Below, piece by piece: positions 63,806 through 64,000 of a stretch of DNA of 64,000 nucleotides (its first letter is position 1; every line of letters begins with the position of its first letter). Source of the DNA: a virus; IMG/VR virus record IMGVR_UViG_3300032753_000003, positions 32,001 through 96,000 of that record; one strand, 5' to 3'. The notes beneath the pieces were generated by a model that was not told the origin of the DNA, searched no databases, and worked only from the letters and a program-made list of their open reading frames with translations. The position numbers and the translations under genes are program-made.

Positions 63806-63835
63806 GGTTGACACTGTCGTTAGAGATGCTATTAT
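63806..63835 (+). promoter_or_regulatory. Sigma70-type early promoter, 16-nt spacer
   Basis: GGTTGACA-ctgtcgttag-AGATGC-TATTAT. Confidence 0.75.
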
Positions 63836-63868
63836 GCATCATAAACGCCAATGACAGGAACAGTCTCT

Positions 63869-64000
63869 ATGAACACTGAAGTTTTTGATTATAACTGTAC
63901 TGTTATCGGCAAGTCCGAGCTGAAGGTTGTTGAACTTACCAACGACCTCCATGCCTATTCGTTAACTGTACAACACACTGAAGTAGATTCAACTGGCACG
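63869..64000 (+). CDS. Hypothetical protein, truncated by window edge
   Basis: AGGA RBS + ATG 63869, open to the end. Confidence 0.55.
   Translation, partial: MNTEVFDYNCTVIGKSELKVVELTNDLHAYSLTVQHTEVDSTGT

Noticed and set aside
1-64000. Genome-wide TAG recoding (genetic code 15)
   Set aside because: Long late genes (fibre, 18073, radical SAMs) have no in-frame TAG, several genes end cleanly at TAG, and TAA/TGA interruptions are as common as TAG ones
1-64000. CRISPR array, rRNA, integrase or transposase
   Set aside because: No regularly spaced repeat-spacer units or matching motifs seen; the repeats found are all coding tandem repeats

Overview
A 64 kb segment of a large (jumbo-type) tailed phage genome, densely packed with small accessory genes. 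The host is probably an alphaproteobacterium, judged from the alpha-type RpoD, a DUF1127 protein and a BA14K-like protein; this is inference. Recognisable content: an ATP-dependent DNA ligase fractured by a split intein with a Vsr-like endonuclease gene between the halves; a heme oxygenase plus PcyX/PcyA-type bilin reductase; two Pth2 peptidyl-tRNA hydrolases; a 76-nt tRNA with a CUA (amber) anticodon; six radical SAM genes, four of them in one operon; UDP-glucose dehydrogenase; spanins and a holin; a GH19 lysozyme; a collagen-like fibre with an S74 chaperone; NadM-Nudix plus Nampt (NAD+ salvage); an ExbB/ExbD-like membrane cassette beside an HtrA protease; an Arr-like ADP-ribosyltransferase; and five free-standing homing-endonuclease-like genes. 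Patterns read directly from the sequence: (i) about 13 small paralogs with a WC...F...DA..FxLxW signature; (ii) a roughly 50-aa helical DWPEL module appended to five different proteins; (iii) an N-terminal M[KR][ILM]x[DE][ILVF] tag on ten proteins, most of them behind ATAAATA late-type promoters; (iv) an early promoter family GGTTGACA-N10-AGATGC-TAnnnT with a 16-nt spacer; (v) a GGATAGACC hairpin about 30 nt upstream of both NAD genes. At least eight genes carry single stops or frameshifts, two of them homopolymer indels. Sequencing error is therefore a real alternative to any read-through hypothesis. All family assignments come from motif recognition by eye; no database searches were run.
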